DNA of 63,573 nucleotides, counting the filler, from Craspedostauros australis (taxonomy: Eukaryota): assembly GCA_030167865.1 (NCBI GenBank). It is 8 parts of 8 records of this genome, joined end to end, with 100 filler letters (N's around TTAATTAATTAA, not from the genome) between each part and the next. Parts side by side here need not be neighbours in the genome. Positions count along the whole stretch, not along the records: positions 7,190 to 36,695 come from JALAGF010002115.1; positions 36,796 to 40,891 come from JALAGF010002116.1; positions 40,992 to 42,895 come from JALAGF010002119.1; positions 42,996 to 59,784 come from JALAGF010002120.1; 4 more parts are not named here. One strand, 5' to 3'. The notes under the pieces are model-generated. The model was not told the origin of the DNA, did not search any database, and saw only the letters and a program-made list of their open reading frames with translations. Positions 32,879-45,449 of this stretch are shown here, one piece after another. A program made the position numbers and the translations under genes. Each line of letters opens with the position of its first letter. The first letter of the stretch is position 1.

Positions 32879-35119
32879 TCAGACTTCGTGATTAGAAGTA
32901 TTCCCGTATCTCATGTCACTGGCTTGATTTGTGGATGCCAGCAAAGAAGCCTGCTCTCCGCTATTCCTAGCGATGCCGACACAGACACCAGCACTTTCTC
33001 GCATTTCATCGGCGGCCCCGGCCGACTGCCGCGACGAAAGCGCGGCAGTGACGCGCTGATATGCAGAGGTTTGCTTCAGATGGCGCACGCAACGACGGCC
33101 GTATACGGACACGTAGGGACGGTACTCCCGAATGGAGGAGCCGACCACGATGTAGCCGACAAAGGCGAAGGAGCATAGAATCAGTGTAACAGCCAGCTTG
33201 GCGTCGTAGAAGAAAGCACTGCAGCCACCAGCCATCAGGGTGGTGCCAATGATCGTGCCGACTTGCTTCATGTGGTTCAGCACGATGCCTTGGAGCATTA
33301 TGAGCGCGATGAAGATGGGGCTGTCGTCGTGCGCGATGCATGTGAACGCCAGCGAGACGTAGGATGTCCAAAGCATGATATCGCGCTCTTCGCATATCTG
33401 CGCTGTATCCAGGACGAAGTAGAATGGGAGATGAACCAACCAAGCCAAGGCGAGGTGGAACGTAGGTGACATTGTTGAGGAGGTATCGTAAGACATCGTC
33501 ATGATAAGACCAAGGCAACCTGGGATCGCAGATACAGGTCGGGCCTTGTTCTTTTTGTAAATCCAGTAGCTACCGATGGAGAAAACCAAGAAACCTGCAC
33601 GAATGAATATCCATACTTGGACCCGTCCTCCACTTTGATACGTTGAAGTTGATAGATAATCGAGGTAACCATCCGTTCGGTACTTCCTTGGCAAAGCAGC
33701 ACCGATCTGTGTGCTGCCTTTGTAGATGAGCTCGAGTCTGGGATAATCAGTCACAAACACCGAAGCATTTATCAAGCCGTCCGAGTCTTGTTGATCGCAT
33801 ATGACGCTTGGATACAGCAGCCAGATCTTGTCGTCGTAGAACTTCGGGAAGACTGGCAATTGGCGACCCGCCGTGGTGATTATCACTGAATGGGCTCCGA
33901 AGTGCGTCGTTGAATTGACAAATCGCCCACTCGGCCTCTTGTCCGTGCTCGAAATTGCGGCGACTTGGTCCAGGTTTCCGTTGGACGCAGAGTCCAGAAT
34001 GCTACTGCCACCCGCAAAGTAACACGCCACGCTGATATCAGTGGCAAAGATGCTGAAACGACCGTTATCACCAATCTTTTGCTCGTCGCGCGCATCCTGC
34101 GGCCGAAGAGAGTCGTAGAGAAAGCACAAGGATGTCTTGTTTTCTTCATCATTTCGGCCATCCACGTATGTTGCGTTGTCTCCTTGAAATGCCACGACTG
34201 CTCGCGGGTTGGCATATTCACCATGGATCCGTATGCCCTCCATGCCAGGATCAAGTTCGTACAAATGGCGGGCATTTCTATCGTCTCTCCGTTTCTTGCG
34301 TTTCTTGGGCAAGAGGCCCAATGTGCGCCTGCTCAAAAGAGTGGTCCCATCGGACATGGTGACCGTAAATGGTGAAATGAAGTTGATATCATCACTCAGC
34401 TGTTCATTCGCCCAGCCTTGCAATGCATCTGGGAGGCCCGTGAACGTGGCGCTCAGGTTGGTGGTTTGTTGGTCGTTGCCCTCTTTGACAAGGTGCATTG
34501 ACGCATGATATAGCAAGACATCTGGCTTGAACAGCACTACGCCGAAGTTAATTGCGCATACCGCAGCCATTGAAGCTGAGAGCACGAGCATGAGATTCAC
34601 TAGATTGATGAAGAAAGTGATCTTCGGAAGAGGTTGGCCTTGGCAGAGGAAGGTGTCAATTTGTTTGGACACCTTCGCGTGCACGTTCTTGGCGAGACCA
34701 GAGTCGTGACTGCGGCTACTGGTGTTACCGATTGGCTGTCCTGGTGCATCTATTTCCTCCTCGGCCCGTTCGTTGACTGCCTCCACCTGCCGTTCCAAGT
34801 CCGGGAGTGCCTTGTGCATGAAGATCGCGTCCGCAAGGAACAAGACCATGACAATGGTGGTGTTCAGAAGGTAGATGGTTCTGAAATATTCTGCATCTTC
34901 CCAATCCCACTCCCAGAAGATGGCTGTCTCTGCAATCCAGACGATCAGGTTGAGAAGGATCATGCCAGCCAGCTCTGGTCGGAAAAATGCCTTGAGCACT
35001 GTCACGGGCGGGAAAAAAGCCGCGATTGGTGGCACAGAAGCTTCGTCCAGCTCCACAGCAGGGCTGCTGCCTTGAACTTCGAATGGCGCCATGGCCAACG
35101 CACTTCGTTCTGCCATCAT
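32879..35119 (-). CDS. Uncharacterised multi-pass membrane protein with a large extracytoplasmic loop
   Basis: 746-aa ORF with about 3 N-terminal and about 7 C-terminal hydrophobic segments; several N-x-S/T sites in the loop. Confidence 0.75.
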   Translation of the reverse strand: MMAERSALAMAPFEVQGSSPAVELDEASVPPIAAFFPPVTVLKAFFRPELAGMILLNLIVWIAETAIFWEWDWEDAEYFRTIYLLNTTIVMVLFLADAIFMHKALPDLERQVEAVNERAEEEIDAPGQPIGNTSSRSHDSGLAKNVHAKVSKQIDTFLCQGQPLPKITFFINLVNLMLVLSASMAAVCAINFGVVLFKPDVLLYHASMHLVKEGNDQQTTNLSATFTGLPDALQGWANEQLSDDINFISPFTVTMSDGTTLLSRRTLGLLPKKRKKRRDDRNARHLYELDPGMEGIRIHGEYANPRAVVAFQGDNATYVDGRNDEENKTSLCFLYDSLRPQDARDEQKIGDNGRFSIFATDISVACYFAGGSSILDSASNGNLDQVAAISSTDKRPSGRFVNSTTHFGAHSVIITTAGRQLPVFPKFYDDKIWLLYPSVICDQQDSDGLINASVFVTDYPRLELIYKGSTQIGAALPRKYRTDGYLDYLSTSTYQSGGRVQVWIFIRAGFLVFSIGSYWIYKKNKARPVSAIPGCLGLIMTMSYDTSSTMSPTFHLALAWLVHLPFYFVLDTAQICEERDIMLWTSYVSLAFTCIAHDDSPIFIALIMLQGIVLNHMKQVGTIIGTTLMAGGCSAFFYDAKLAVTLILCSFAFVGYIVVGSSIREYRPYVSVYGRRCVRHLKQTSAYQRVTAALSSRQSAGAADEMRESAGVCVGIARNSGEQASLLASTNQASDMRYGNTSNHEV

Positions 35120-36242
35120 TCAAGGAATACTTGCGGTATGTGCAGAGCAATGCTGTATAGAGTAGTAGAGGAGGTCGCTATTGTCTCTCATGCAAACCCT
35201 CGCTCTCTCTCTCTCTCTCGCTTTGGGGAGAGGATCGGAGCTTCCGAAACCAAGATGGGATGTGGCCAGGCACGAAGGATGTACCATACGACGACACGGG
35301 GCACTGGAAGAGAATCCGAAGAGCACGTGGAGCAGGTTCTCGTTGGGAATGGTGCAGGTGCTGATGGAGATTGATCATGAAGCACGGCCACGACCTGGAG
35401 GAGGATTACTATGCTCCTTGATGGCTGTGGAGGCCTTTGGCGGCGTAGCGGCGTTCTGCTGCGCTCCTCTTCCGCAGCTAGGTCCTTTGGATCCGTTCGA
35501 GATGCGAGCGCGTACTTGTGTCGGGATCCGCATGAACGGATCTCCTCGAGAGCACCCCCTTGGCGTTGTTCTTGTCATCATTTGTTGTTGACGCGAACAG
35601 TTACGTCACGTGGCACATTTGCGGAATTCGTGCACGTCTCGAACTTCAAGCGGAAAAGGGACTTTCAATGTACGATCATGGTAGCGAGATTTTCGAGACT
35701 AGAAATATCTACAAGTCAATTCTAGAATCATCAATCGGACTCACGTTTGCTTCGTGGCTGGCGACTATCAGTGACGGAGGTGGTGCCCGTTCATGCGGCT
35801 GCTCGCCTATCCTTCTAGCTACTAGTACAGGTACGAGCTGAGGCGGGCGATCCCTCAACGTCACACGCGAAGACAAAATGGAAATGAAAAGCGCGAAAAC
35901 TGGACGTGCATGAGTTTGTTGATAACTTAGGTTGGGTTGATGCAATGTACTCTCTGGGTGCCGACGCAGCTGCTTGTTTGGGTTTTTTGTTTCCCTGTGG
36001 TCGCGATTGTGCGGGGGATGAAGGTGCGGATGGACGCATGGATGAATGGATGAATGGTCGAGCGGATGTGCAAGAGGTGAGTTTATGAACTCGATTGCCC
36101 TCTCTGCTTGGAACGACGTCGGCTGTCTCTTCGGAGGCATTATGTAATAAAACTCCCAGGACAGGTATGTTTTGGCCAACATGAAGCGGACCAGTTGCCA
36201 GTTGGCGAGAATGGTACCAAGCCGTAGATCGAATGGTTGGCA

Positions 36243-36695
36243 TCACCCGAAGCCCATGCCCCAATTACAGGAAGAGATCAGGTGTTTGATCTGCACCTCC
36301 CAGTTTCGAACCCCCGTCGTCGCATTGGTCGAGACGAAAGTGCTTTGGTGTTGTGTGATGATGCTGCCGTCGATGACAAAGCTTTTCTTTGCATGCGGTT
36401 CGCACTTGCTGCCGCTTTCCCAGTCGTGGTTGATTTCGTGGATGAGGGTGATGCCTCGAGTTGCACTGACGTCAAATACACCGAATCCGTTCATGTACAT
36501 CTTGTCATAGTCAGTCCCCACGTACTCCTTGAGCGGGATGACCAAGCTGCCTTCTCCATCGCCCTTGCTGTGATAGCGCCAGACCTTGTCGTAGATCGAT
36601 GCGTGGCTGTCTTGCAAGTCATGATGGTACGTTGAGACGATGCTTATCTTGGCAGGATCCGAGACGTCGAAGAGACGGAGCTGCAAACCATCGAA
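36243..36695 (-). CDS. C-terminus of a beta-propeller (Beta_propel-like) protein, cut by contig end
   Basis: GLQLRLFDVSDP..SLVIPL..GFGVFDVSATRGITLIHEINH resembles the C-terminal blades of this family. Confidence 0.65.
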   Translation of the reverse strand, partial: FDGLQLRLFDVSDPAKISIVSTYHHDLQDSHASIYDKVWRYHSKGDGEGSLVIPLKEYVGTDYDKMYMNGFGVFDVSATRGITLIHEINHDWESGSKCEPHAKKSFVIDGSIITQHQSTFVSTNATTGVRNWEVQIKHLISSCNWGMGFG

Positions 36696-36865
36696 NNNNN
36701 NNNNNNNNNNNNNNNNNNNNNNNNNNNNNNNNNNNNNNNTTAATTAATTAANNNNNNNNNNNNNNNNNNNNNNNNNNNNNNNNNNNNNNNNNNNNCTGTC
36801 TCCAAGTCAGAGCAGGAGGCAAAGATACGATGACCCATGAAGATCATGGATACTGAAGGTGAACT

Positions 36866-36970
36866 TCAAATGGTAAGTAATCATGGAGTAGAAGCCAGTA
36901 CTGAATGAACGGAGTGTCGAATGCGGAGCACGCATCGAACACGGAGTATCATGTAGCATGAGCACATGAT

Positions 36971-37010
<40 letters not shown>

Positions 37011-37435
37011 CAGAGAGGAGCGAGAGAGGATCTCGCCTACCGACTCATAGTCGGAGACCGAATCTACGAAACAGATTGAAGCACCGAGAGCATCGGGCAA
37101 GAGAACGAACGGACACCGAGAGTATCGGAGTGCCAACGTAATGAAATAGCAAACAGACGACTATCAACCAACACCATCTTCCACGATCGTAGGTTACCGT
37201 GAGCGGAACTTGCCAACAAGGACCGACTGCAGGTCCCATCACTCAAGTGGGTCTTACAAAGACACTCTGATCCTCTTGGTGTCTCTTGTTCTCTTGCCTG
37301 ATGCTCTTGGCACGTCTCTCTCGTTGGTCCGACTATGAGTCAGTACGCGAGATCCTCTCTCGCTGTTGCTCTCTCTCTCAATATTGCGTGTTCACTCCAA
37401 GCGACATTCCGTACTTGACGTGCACTCCACATGCA
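36866..37435. repeat. Two additional copies of the intron region of the 38632-40891 gene, forming a local fold-back
   Basis: 36866-37219 matches the reverse complement of 40555-40891. A more degenerate copy at about 37262-37435 is in the opposite orientation (CCGACTATGAGTC.GTA.GCGAGATCCTCTCTCGCT shared). Confidence 0.85.
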
Positions 37436-38631
37436 GCATACTTCGTCGTCTTGTACTCCATTGGCCCATTTCACCACAAGTAGTCGCCAATACTCCCACA
37501 CTGCTCTCCTCCTTGCATACTGACAATTTCGATGTCCTTCGGTCATCGAATCTTCGCTTCCTTGATCTGATGTTGAGACAGATGTCAACATGGTGACACC
37601 TTGACATCTTGTCGATGTCAGCTGTTGGTTCCACGGTCCTTCTGATTCCACATTCCATTGATGATGCAATGGTCTGGCAGATGATATTGTCATCTGAGGA
37701 TTAGTTAGGAGGTACATCGAGCTTCGCTCGATACCATACATTTCCATTGATGGATGGACAGATGATGTTCCTGATGCTATCAGAAATCATTGATTGCAAA
37801 TTTGCTCCAGAAATTCTGCTCATTTTCATGTGGTCAATTTGATGACGTGATTTTAACAAATCACAGCATACTATTGACATGAATGTAGTTTTACCATCTG
37901 TACATGAGTATAAGAGAATAACGGGTGAACGATGCACATGCACGCATGTACATCCCGACATCCCTCTGACGCCAGTCACTTTGCATCAGAACATCATGGA
38001 CAAAGGGGATGCAGCACAGTACAAGCAGTGCCAGCTTGGTGATGGTCCACCCTCGGAGCAGGGTCCCAGTATTATCGCCGACTCTTCAGGCGGTCTCTGC
38101 ACGCTCGCACATGCCCGCATGAGCGGATGAGAATGATAAACCAAGTTATTACACATATGAAACCCAAATTGAGGCGTAAGAGCCATAAAGATGCAGATTA
38201 TGAGTCTTAACATGGCGTACGAGTCTCTGCAGTTGCTCTGCTCCTGGCTTCCCTTTGATTGACGTCTGTGTTCATATTGTAACGCCGTTTCAACGGTTTC
38301 ACATGTATCTCTGCTTGCTGAATCGGAGTCTGATTCTGAGTCGAGCTGAAACATGCCAGCCGTTCTTCCTGACATAGAATCAGACCGACATGCGCAACGC
38401 TAATATAACGTCCACTCAAATTCAAATTATTGCTTGAAGACAGACCAGGGTTACGCGGGACTCGATTCGAAACGTCATTAGGATATATTGGCGTTCTGTT
38501 TGTCGCTTTTATCCATGACTAATCCAAGTACCGGACGGTCCAGGGCGCTATGCTTTGCCAGCGCAAAGTTGGAAAATATCGATAGAGCACGAACCAGAGC
38601 ATGCTGGTATATGTGGTTGTGTATGTGATGA

Positions 38632-40891
38632 TTAGACAACTTTGCAGGCAGATTGGACTGGTCCAGGGCAATCCGTGGCTGCGTCGTCGATTTCGTACGT
38701 TTCTGTGTCTGAGGTACACAATGGTCCTTGGGCACATTGAAAGCAGTTGGAGCCTGTTGTGCAGACTCCTGCTCTGATGATGATGTCATTGGTCGCACTG
38801 TCACTGTTGCCAATTCTACTGCACGAGCCGCTGCCCGGGCACGCATCGGCTTCGACGATTACGTCTCCTTCCAATTTGTTCCCAGCGTGCAACGAGTAGC
38901 AAGTGAAACGCCCTCTGCATGAATTCTTTCCGATAAAGACACTTGCCACGATCGGTGTCATGGTTGCAGACCCTTGGTTGCTGCGGTTAGCAATTCTTGA
39001 GCATGAAGAGTATGAATCGCATGCTCCTTCTTCCACTCTTACATTGCCAAAGATGTCCCTTCCAAGACTGTTGCAACTCAGATCTGCAAGGCAAGTCCCT
39101 GGTCCGATCACCTCGAATCCGACTTCGACACCAGCAGCTGGCTGATCTGGGTTGAACCTGCCCAACTCAAAGCAGGCACCACGTCCCTTGCAACTGTCAA
39201 GAATGATTGCGTTGGGACGTGTGAATCCGCAAACGCTCCTTCCGATGCATGACCCTGAGCTCACTGTCATGACACCACCATCAACAGAGTTAGTGATGCA
39301 AGCATTACTACCACTGCAGCATGAGCCATTGCACGCACTCGTCACCACAGACGCACTTCCAGTGAAGAGCTTCGTGTTCTCCTTCGCGATCGCCAACAAT
39401 GCGGTGGTCACACTTTCGTCGTTCTTGATCTTGTCAAAGCGTTCCTGTGCCACCTCTAACGTCACAGGCTGTGGAGGGTTCGCATCATTGCATCCAAAGA
39501 TGCTCTTGGCCATCTTGCGCTTCCCCTCATCAGCCAGAGCATCAACCATGGAGACAAAGTCCGCGCATATGCCTGTTGCACCATCGCACAATATGTCGCC
39601 ATCGATGGGGTTGGACATGGATGCGCCGTTACCCGGTGTTGAGAGACATCCTACGGTGAAGGATGCTGGGGTGACAGTTGGACTACTTGTTCTTGTAGGG
39701 TATTGCGAAGGCTGTGAGCTTGATGACGGCATGTCAGATGGTTGGGTGGATGGGAGTGCGGACGGCTGTGTAGATTCGGACGGCAGTTGGGAAGGCTGCA
39801 CGGATGGAAGGTCGGAGGGCTGTGCGGACGGTTCCTCGGACGGGATTTGCGACGGACTGCTCGACGGGAGCGAGCTCGGGATATCTGATGGCATCGCAGA
39901 CGGAACCCGCGATGGAGCATCTGACGGAAGACTCGAAGGCTTCTGGGATGGCGAATTGGTTGGGGCGCTGGTTGGACTGGACGTGAGAGGTGTTGGGAAA
40001 GGAGTTGGAGAGAAAGTTGGACAGTCTGTGGGAAATGTGTCCTTGCCAATACAGTACTCATCCACCTTGTCACCAGTAGGATTGTTGTTGGTGTCGTTGC
40101 CTCCCTTTGGGCAGGCCCCATCGACATTGCTGATGATGTAGACTTCGTCGGAGGCGCACTCCGTCTTTGTCATGCATCCCTTGCAGCCTTCGACACTGCT
40201 ACATCCGCCCGGAGGGACTACGAGGTCGGTTCTCATCCTGTCACTGAAGCCCATCTTCTCGCATGACCCATCAGCAGCACAACCACCAGAAACAATGGTC
40301 AGGCTGCCTGCATACTTGCCAGCAGTACCATGGTTGACAGTGGAATGGGCATCCTTGCAGGCGTTGCTGCCAACGCACGCGTTCGGGCCAATGTCAATGT
40401 GGCTGCGGAAGCGAAAGGATGGTGCTGATTGCTCCACACGACGGCCAGCTGCATTGCATGCGTTGGATCCGATACATGCACCGGTCTGGATGGTGACATC
40501 ACCATGAGAACGACGCCCCACTCCCTCACAAGATTGAGGGGTGGTGCATGCCATTGTTGGCAAGTTCCGCTCACGGTAACCTACGATCGTGGAAGATGGT
40601 GGTGGTTGATAGTCGTCTGTTTGCTATTTCATTAGTTGGCTGCTCCGATCCTCTCAATGTACACCAGTTGTCTTGCCCGATGCTCTCGGCGCTTCAATCT
40701 GTTTCGTAGATTCAGTCTCCGACTATGAGTCGGTACGCGAGATCCTCTCTCGCTCCTCTCTGTATTCTCTCTCTCTCTCTCTTAGCATCGTGTGCTTGTG
40801 CTACACGATACTCCGTGTTCGATGCATACTCCGCATTCGACACTCCATTCATTCAGTACTGGCTCCTACTCCATGAGTACTTACCATTTGA
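38632..40891 (-). CDS. Cys-rich repeat protein with a Pro/Ser/Thr mucin-like linker, likely extracellular; main exon 38632-40580, probable intron 40581-40884, 5' exon cut by contig end
   Basis: Repeated motifs such as GACIGSNAC, GSCIGRSVC, DSCKGRGAC and NSCRGRFTC; (PSxx)n linker; GTAAGT...TAG intron. Confidence 0.8.
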
Positions 40892-41692
40892 NNNNNNNNN
40901 NNNNNNNNNNNNNNNNNNNNNNNNNNNNNNNNNNNTTAATTAATTAANNNNNNNNNNNNNNNNNNNNNNNNNNNNNNNNNNNNNNNNNNNNGGATGGATC
41001 ATGATGTGATGACGAACATGGCGGTGTTGTGGCTTGGTGGTCGTACTACAATCATGATGATCAACTCGGCGATGGTAGCGGGATGGTGTGCACACTGCTC
41101 CAATCACCTCCTTGTCTTGACCTTTGTCCATGTGAGTGGCGACCGACGATGAGGCGTTCTGTGCGTGCATGGGTACGATCATAGTGCTAACATGGTGAGG
41201 CGCCAAGAACGAAAGCGAGGAGCGCCTCGAAGTCTGCTTCTTGTGGTGTTGTTGTGTTGTTGTGCTGTTTGACGATCGCATCATGCCAATCGCATCGTGG
41301 TGGCAGGAAGGAGTCTTGGATACGTTTGTTGTGGATTGAAACACGAGTGGTGTCATCGCCATCGTCGTCAACGTCATCGCCACAGAACATGAGAAACGCC
41401 TCTGATTTCCACCGAAGAAGTCATCGTGGATTCTTCACATCGTGGATCAGCCCATCGGAGTCGGTCGATAACATCCAACGGCCGAAGCACTGTATCGATC
41501 GGAGTATAATATAATAGTATCGTGGTTGACTCCCTCCAAGACCATCACAGAGGGATGTACTATGGCATCACATGATGAAGCACAACTGCACAGCGTGGCC
41601 AAGTTGGGCATCATCGAAGGTTGTATCGTGCGAGCGAGCGAGCAAGCCAGCTTCGGATCATGATGTGCCTGTCCACGGTCGTACCATGCCAT

Positions 41693-41748
41693 ACTATACC
41701 ATACCGAACCACACCACACCACACCACACCACACCACACCATACACCG
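41693..41748 (+). repeat. (ACACC/ATACC)n pentanucleotide microsatellite
   Basis: Directly visible tandem ACCAC units. Confidence 0.85.
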
Positions 41749-42010
41749 TGGTGGAACTGCGCAAGTCCATGCAGGCGTGTTGACTGACGACATGTTGCTT
41801 CGTGATCAATGCACAGGATCATGAAATGGAGGACATCAAACTTGAGCAGATGAGCTCACAATCGCCATCCAAGCGCAACTGATTTGGGACCACANACTCT
41901 GCCTGCTCTATCAGCTCTACCTGCTCCACTCGTACGATTATACCGACCACCAACAGAAACAATCAGCAACAACAGCAACAATCGGAAACGACAGCGACAA
42001 CAAGAAAAGG

Positions 42011-42895
42011 ATGAACCACAACATGCATGCTGTCGCCAACACCAATACCAACAGTGATCATGATCCAGACTTCAAGACTTTCTGGAAACAACTCCATCGA
42101 AAATTGTGGGTTCCGAAGACTGCATTCAATATACAGAGTCATTCAAGACAGCAGATCGACTGCTACAGTGTCACACCCAAGCGGATGGAATACTGGGACA
42201 TGGCCATCGAAGCAGGATTCACCGTCGCTGACTTGGAATCGATGCAGTGGTGGCACAAGCACGTTGCTTTATCATCTCGTGTTCTACTGAGCAAATCGCT
42301 TTTTCAGAGAAGCGGATGGATGGGTATTGGATCCCTGTATCTGAAATTCGGCAGCAATGACCAATTCGGAGAAGAAGACAAGCAAGCCATTCGCTTTGTA
42401 CTTCGATTGGCTGCCAAACGCCCAGCCAAATCTATATTCGGCGAAGGCATCTGCTTGCCTCCATGCTTCGTGAAGATAAAACAGCTCCATGATATCCCTC
42501 TTGTGACACATCGTGTGCATTTTGATTCATGTGATCTTGTTGATTGTGACAAGCTCATGTTCAACATCTCCCAAAACTCCAAATACGTTTCGTTTTGTTT
42601 CTGCAAGCTCACCAATGGGGGCGCTGATTTGTGCAGATGGCTGTCTCCAAACAATTGCAGTGTCACCGAAGTATTCTTTTGGGACACCCGTATCACTTGC
42701 GATAGCTTGGCAAAGCTATTCCAGTCAAACAAGCGCATCAACAAGCTCAACATCAATTGGTCTCGGCTCTCCGACACTCAACAAATCCACTCACAACAAG
42801 AAATCGACCAGATCATCAAACTCCTTTCAGATGCATCACACCTGAACAAGCTCGAGGTTTCCTGTACTTGGGACATGTCATCGCAACAAGAGGGG
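42011..42895 (+). CDS. RNI-like/LRR-type protein, 3' end cut by contig end
   Basis: About 295-aa ORF open to the gap, with LRR-like spacing (FCKLTNGGADL, LFQSNKRINKLNI, HLNKLEVS). Confidence 0.55.
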
Positions 42896-43989
42896 NNNNN
42901 NNNNNNNNNNNNNNNNNNNNNNNNNNNNNNNNNNNNNNNTTAATTAATTAANNNNNNNNNNNNNNNNNNNNNNNNNNNNNNNNNNNNNNNNNNNNGGCCG
43001 CATTGGCGTTGAGGACTACATTGAGTTCTGCGATGGACTCGTATGTGGGTACCCCGACGATGGGTTCGACGATTGCCTGCGGAAAGGTGGCGAGGATCTT
43101 CTCGTGGCTGTTGGCCATGGTGATGATTTTTGGTGATGCTGGTCTTGGTGACCGAGATTTTCAAACGTTGGCTATTAGCGAACAACTGTCAATAAGACGA
43201 GTAGTGTGTGAATCAATGTTGTTCGCTAATATTATGAGATATTACATTGCTGAGCTGAGGAGTTGCGGTCTTGGCTCCTGCTAGTGTCTTGATCTGCTCT
43301 AGGAGGAAAGTGGGCGCGAGGTGCGCACTTTGCGTACGGCGGTCAGTCGGGTCACGTGCGGGACTGGAATCAATAATCGTCATTGGCATCGGCATCGGCA
43401 AGGACGGGAGTTTGCACAAGTTCCAACAAAAGACGGTCGGAACGGTTCTGGCTGGTGTCGATGGCAGCCATGATGAGCGTGACAATGACACCGACAAGGA
43501 CGGTGCCGACGAATGGCTTCAATCCACCAAGGACAAGTCTGGCGACGATGAATCACCGGATGAGACAGGCGATGGACAGGTGTACCTCACTCGTCAGTTC
43601 CGTTCGTTGAACACGCCAGCGTCAAGGAAGAAGCCACGCTGCGCTGGATGCACGAAACCCTTGGAGGGTGGGGCGGCAGGAAGGCTCTGTGCTCGATGTC
43701 AGCCAAGATAAATTAAGCAGGGCTTCACGTATACGTTTGCATTATTCAGGAGCATGTTACTCTACGTGTTTTCATCTTGTTCTGTCGCGGAACGTCTTTG
43801 GCCAATGGCGTTGTTCTTTCCTCCCGTAATCGGCACGTTCCGCATGTGTGAGAATTGAGCATAGGAGAGGACCGGACTGGAAGCTATCAACCAGCAGGTT
43901 CCTTCTTGATCGATCATCTGACCGTGGTGTGTTCCAGTTCTGTTTTTGTTGCTTTCCGGATTACACACATCGTCAACATAACGGTTCCT

Positions 43990-44621
43990 TTACATCTTGC
44001 TGAGCATGCCTTGCAATTTACCATTGCTGTAGGCCCGTTGCGTGTCATCGTTGCCGCCGAGGAAGCTTCCGTTGATCCAAACGTTTGGCACGGTGCGCTG
44101 TCCAGTCATGGTATGCAATTGATCCTGCAATTCGGGTCCATCCTGTCTCTCGTCCAGGTGGTGGATGACGATGTCGGCATCCTTGAGTTCTGGCTTTTGC
44201 TCGAAGAGATCCTCCGTGCGGTGGCAATATGGGCAGTAGGATTTGGCAAAGATCACGACCTGTTGGGTAGAGTGCGCGAAGATAGAATGGTGCAAGGATG
44301 AGCGTGGCATTGAAGCAAAGAAGGAGAGAAGACGAGCAGATCGCAGGTGAGCATCAATGGTTCCGCAACAGATCGTGCCAAAATGATGATTAGCAGAGCA
44401 TTTGCAGAGCACAAAAGAAGCAAATGAGAAAGATAGAAAGAGAGGATTACAAGTCGATCATACCCGCAGAGACCACCGATAACACACACCTGATGCTGAC
44501 CAACTTCAGTTTCGATGAATGCCTTGAGATCAGTTGGACTGTTGCCATTGTCGGAGTCTGTGGCCGTGGCTGTGGCTGCGGCTGTGGATTTGGAGGATGA
44601 CTTCTTGCGTGGGCAGAACAT
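43990..44621 (-). CDS. Dithiol glutaredoxin (CPYC); exons 44621-44490 and 44259-43990
   Basis: VVIFAKSYCPYC, GQRTVPNVWING, GGNDD; phase-0 GT-AG intron. Confidence 0.93.
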
Positions 44622-45449
44622 GTTGTTATTGCTGCTGTTATAACTGTTGTTGTTGAACTATGTTGGTGTTAGTTGGCTGAGTTGGCTGAGTTGCAATGTG
44701 TTGTGTTGCTTCTTGTGGAGAATTGTTTTTTGTGTGCCAAGAGCAAAGATGATGCAGATGACGGAAGTTGGTGGGTGGATGGGCGATGGCTTTGCGGCAA
44801 CCGTGGTTCCGAGACAAGTGGGAAGTCTCATCGCCGATCGGTGTTGTTGTCGCATCGTTCTGTCTGGTTGGAGTGTTCGGTGACGTTCATTGGCGTTTTC
44901 CTGATGCTTCCTGGAATTTCGTTGTGAGACACGCACACAGTTTCATTCTGCCTGAGCTCACTTTCTCCAGTGGAGATGTTTGCCCAGGCCGGGACGAGGA
45001 CCTTGATCGTAAAGTGATGGGACGAGTGTGAGGTCTTTCACAACTGCTTGCGCAATAATAGTCGCACTCGTATGTATGGTACTATATTATATGACTACAG
45101 GAAGGAGTACCTCTACTCCAATGTTCCAACATGGTGTGGCTGAGGACAAACTCAGGATGGAACATCCTTCGCTCCTCGTGTTGTAGATAGTATCATGGAC
45201 GAAAGCATCAATCAAGCAATGGGTTCAAGAAAGGTCCCAGGTGGTGCATTCGTATTCATCCGTCGGCTATGTACCGTCACTACCCTGTCGACAACGCTAT
45301 CATCCTGCATCAAGCGTAGTACGTACGAGCACTCCACCATGACGAGGACATACATGAGTATTGGTATTGTATGGTACATGCGTCTAAGTATCGACTACTC
45401 TACTACCCACCGCATCGATCCCTCGTTCTGTCATTCTCTCTCTCTCTCT

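Noticed and set aside
37440..38460. AT-richer stretch that might be a transposon relic
   Set aside because: No convincing protein motifs or termini found.
39152..40141. Long antisense ORFs (also 24554-25456, 27276-28259, 49548-50648, 52058-52897, 58503-59657)
   Set aside because: Shadows of real genes on the opposite strand caused by codon bias and low complexity.
42996..43711. Possible gene end or CxxC-containing ORF at the contig start
   Set aside because: Several frames are plausible and no family is recognised; no call can be supported.
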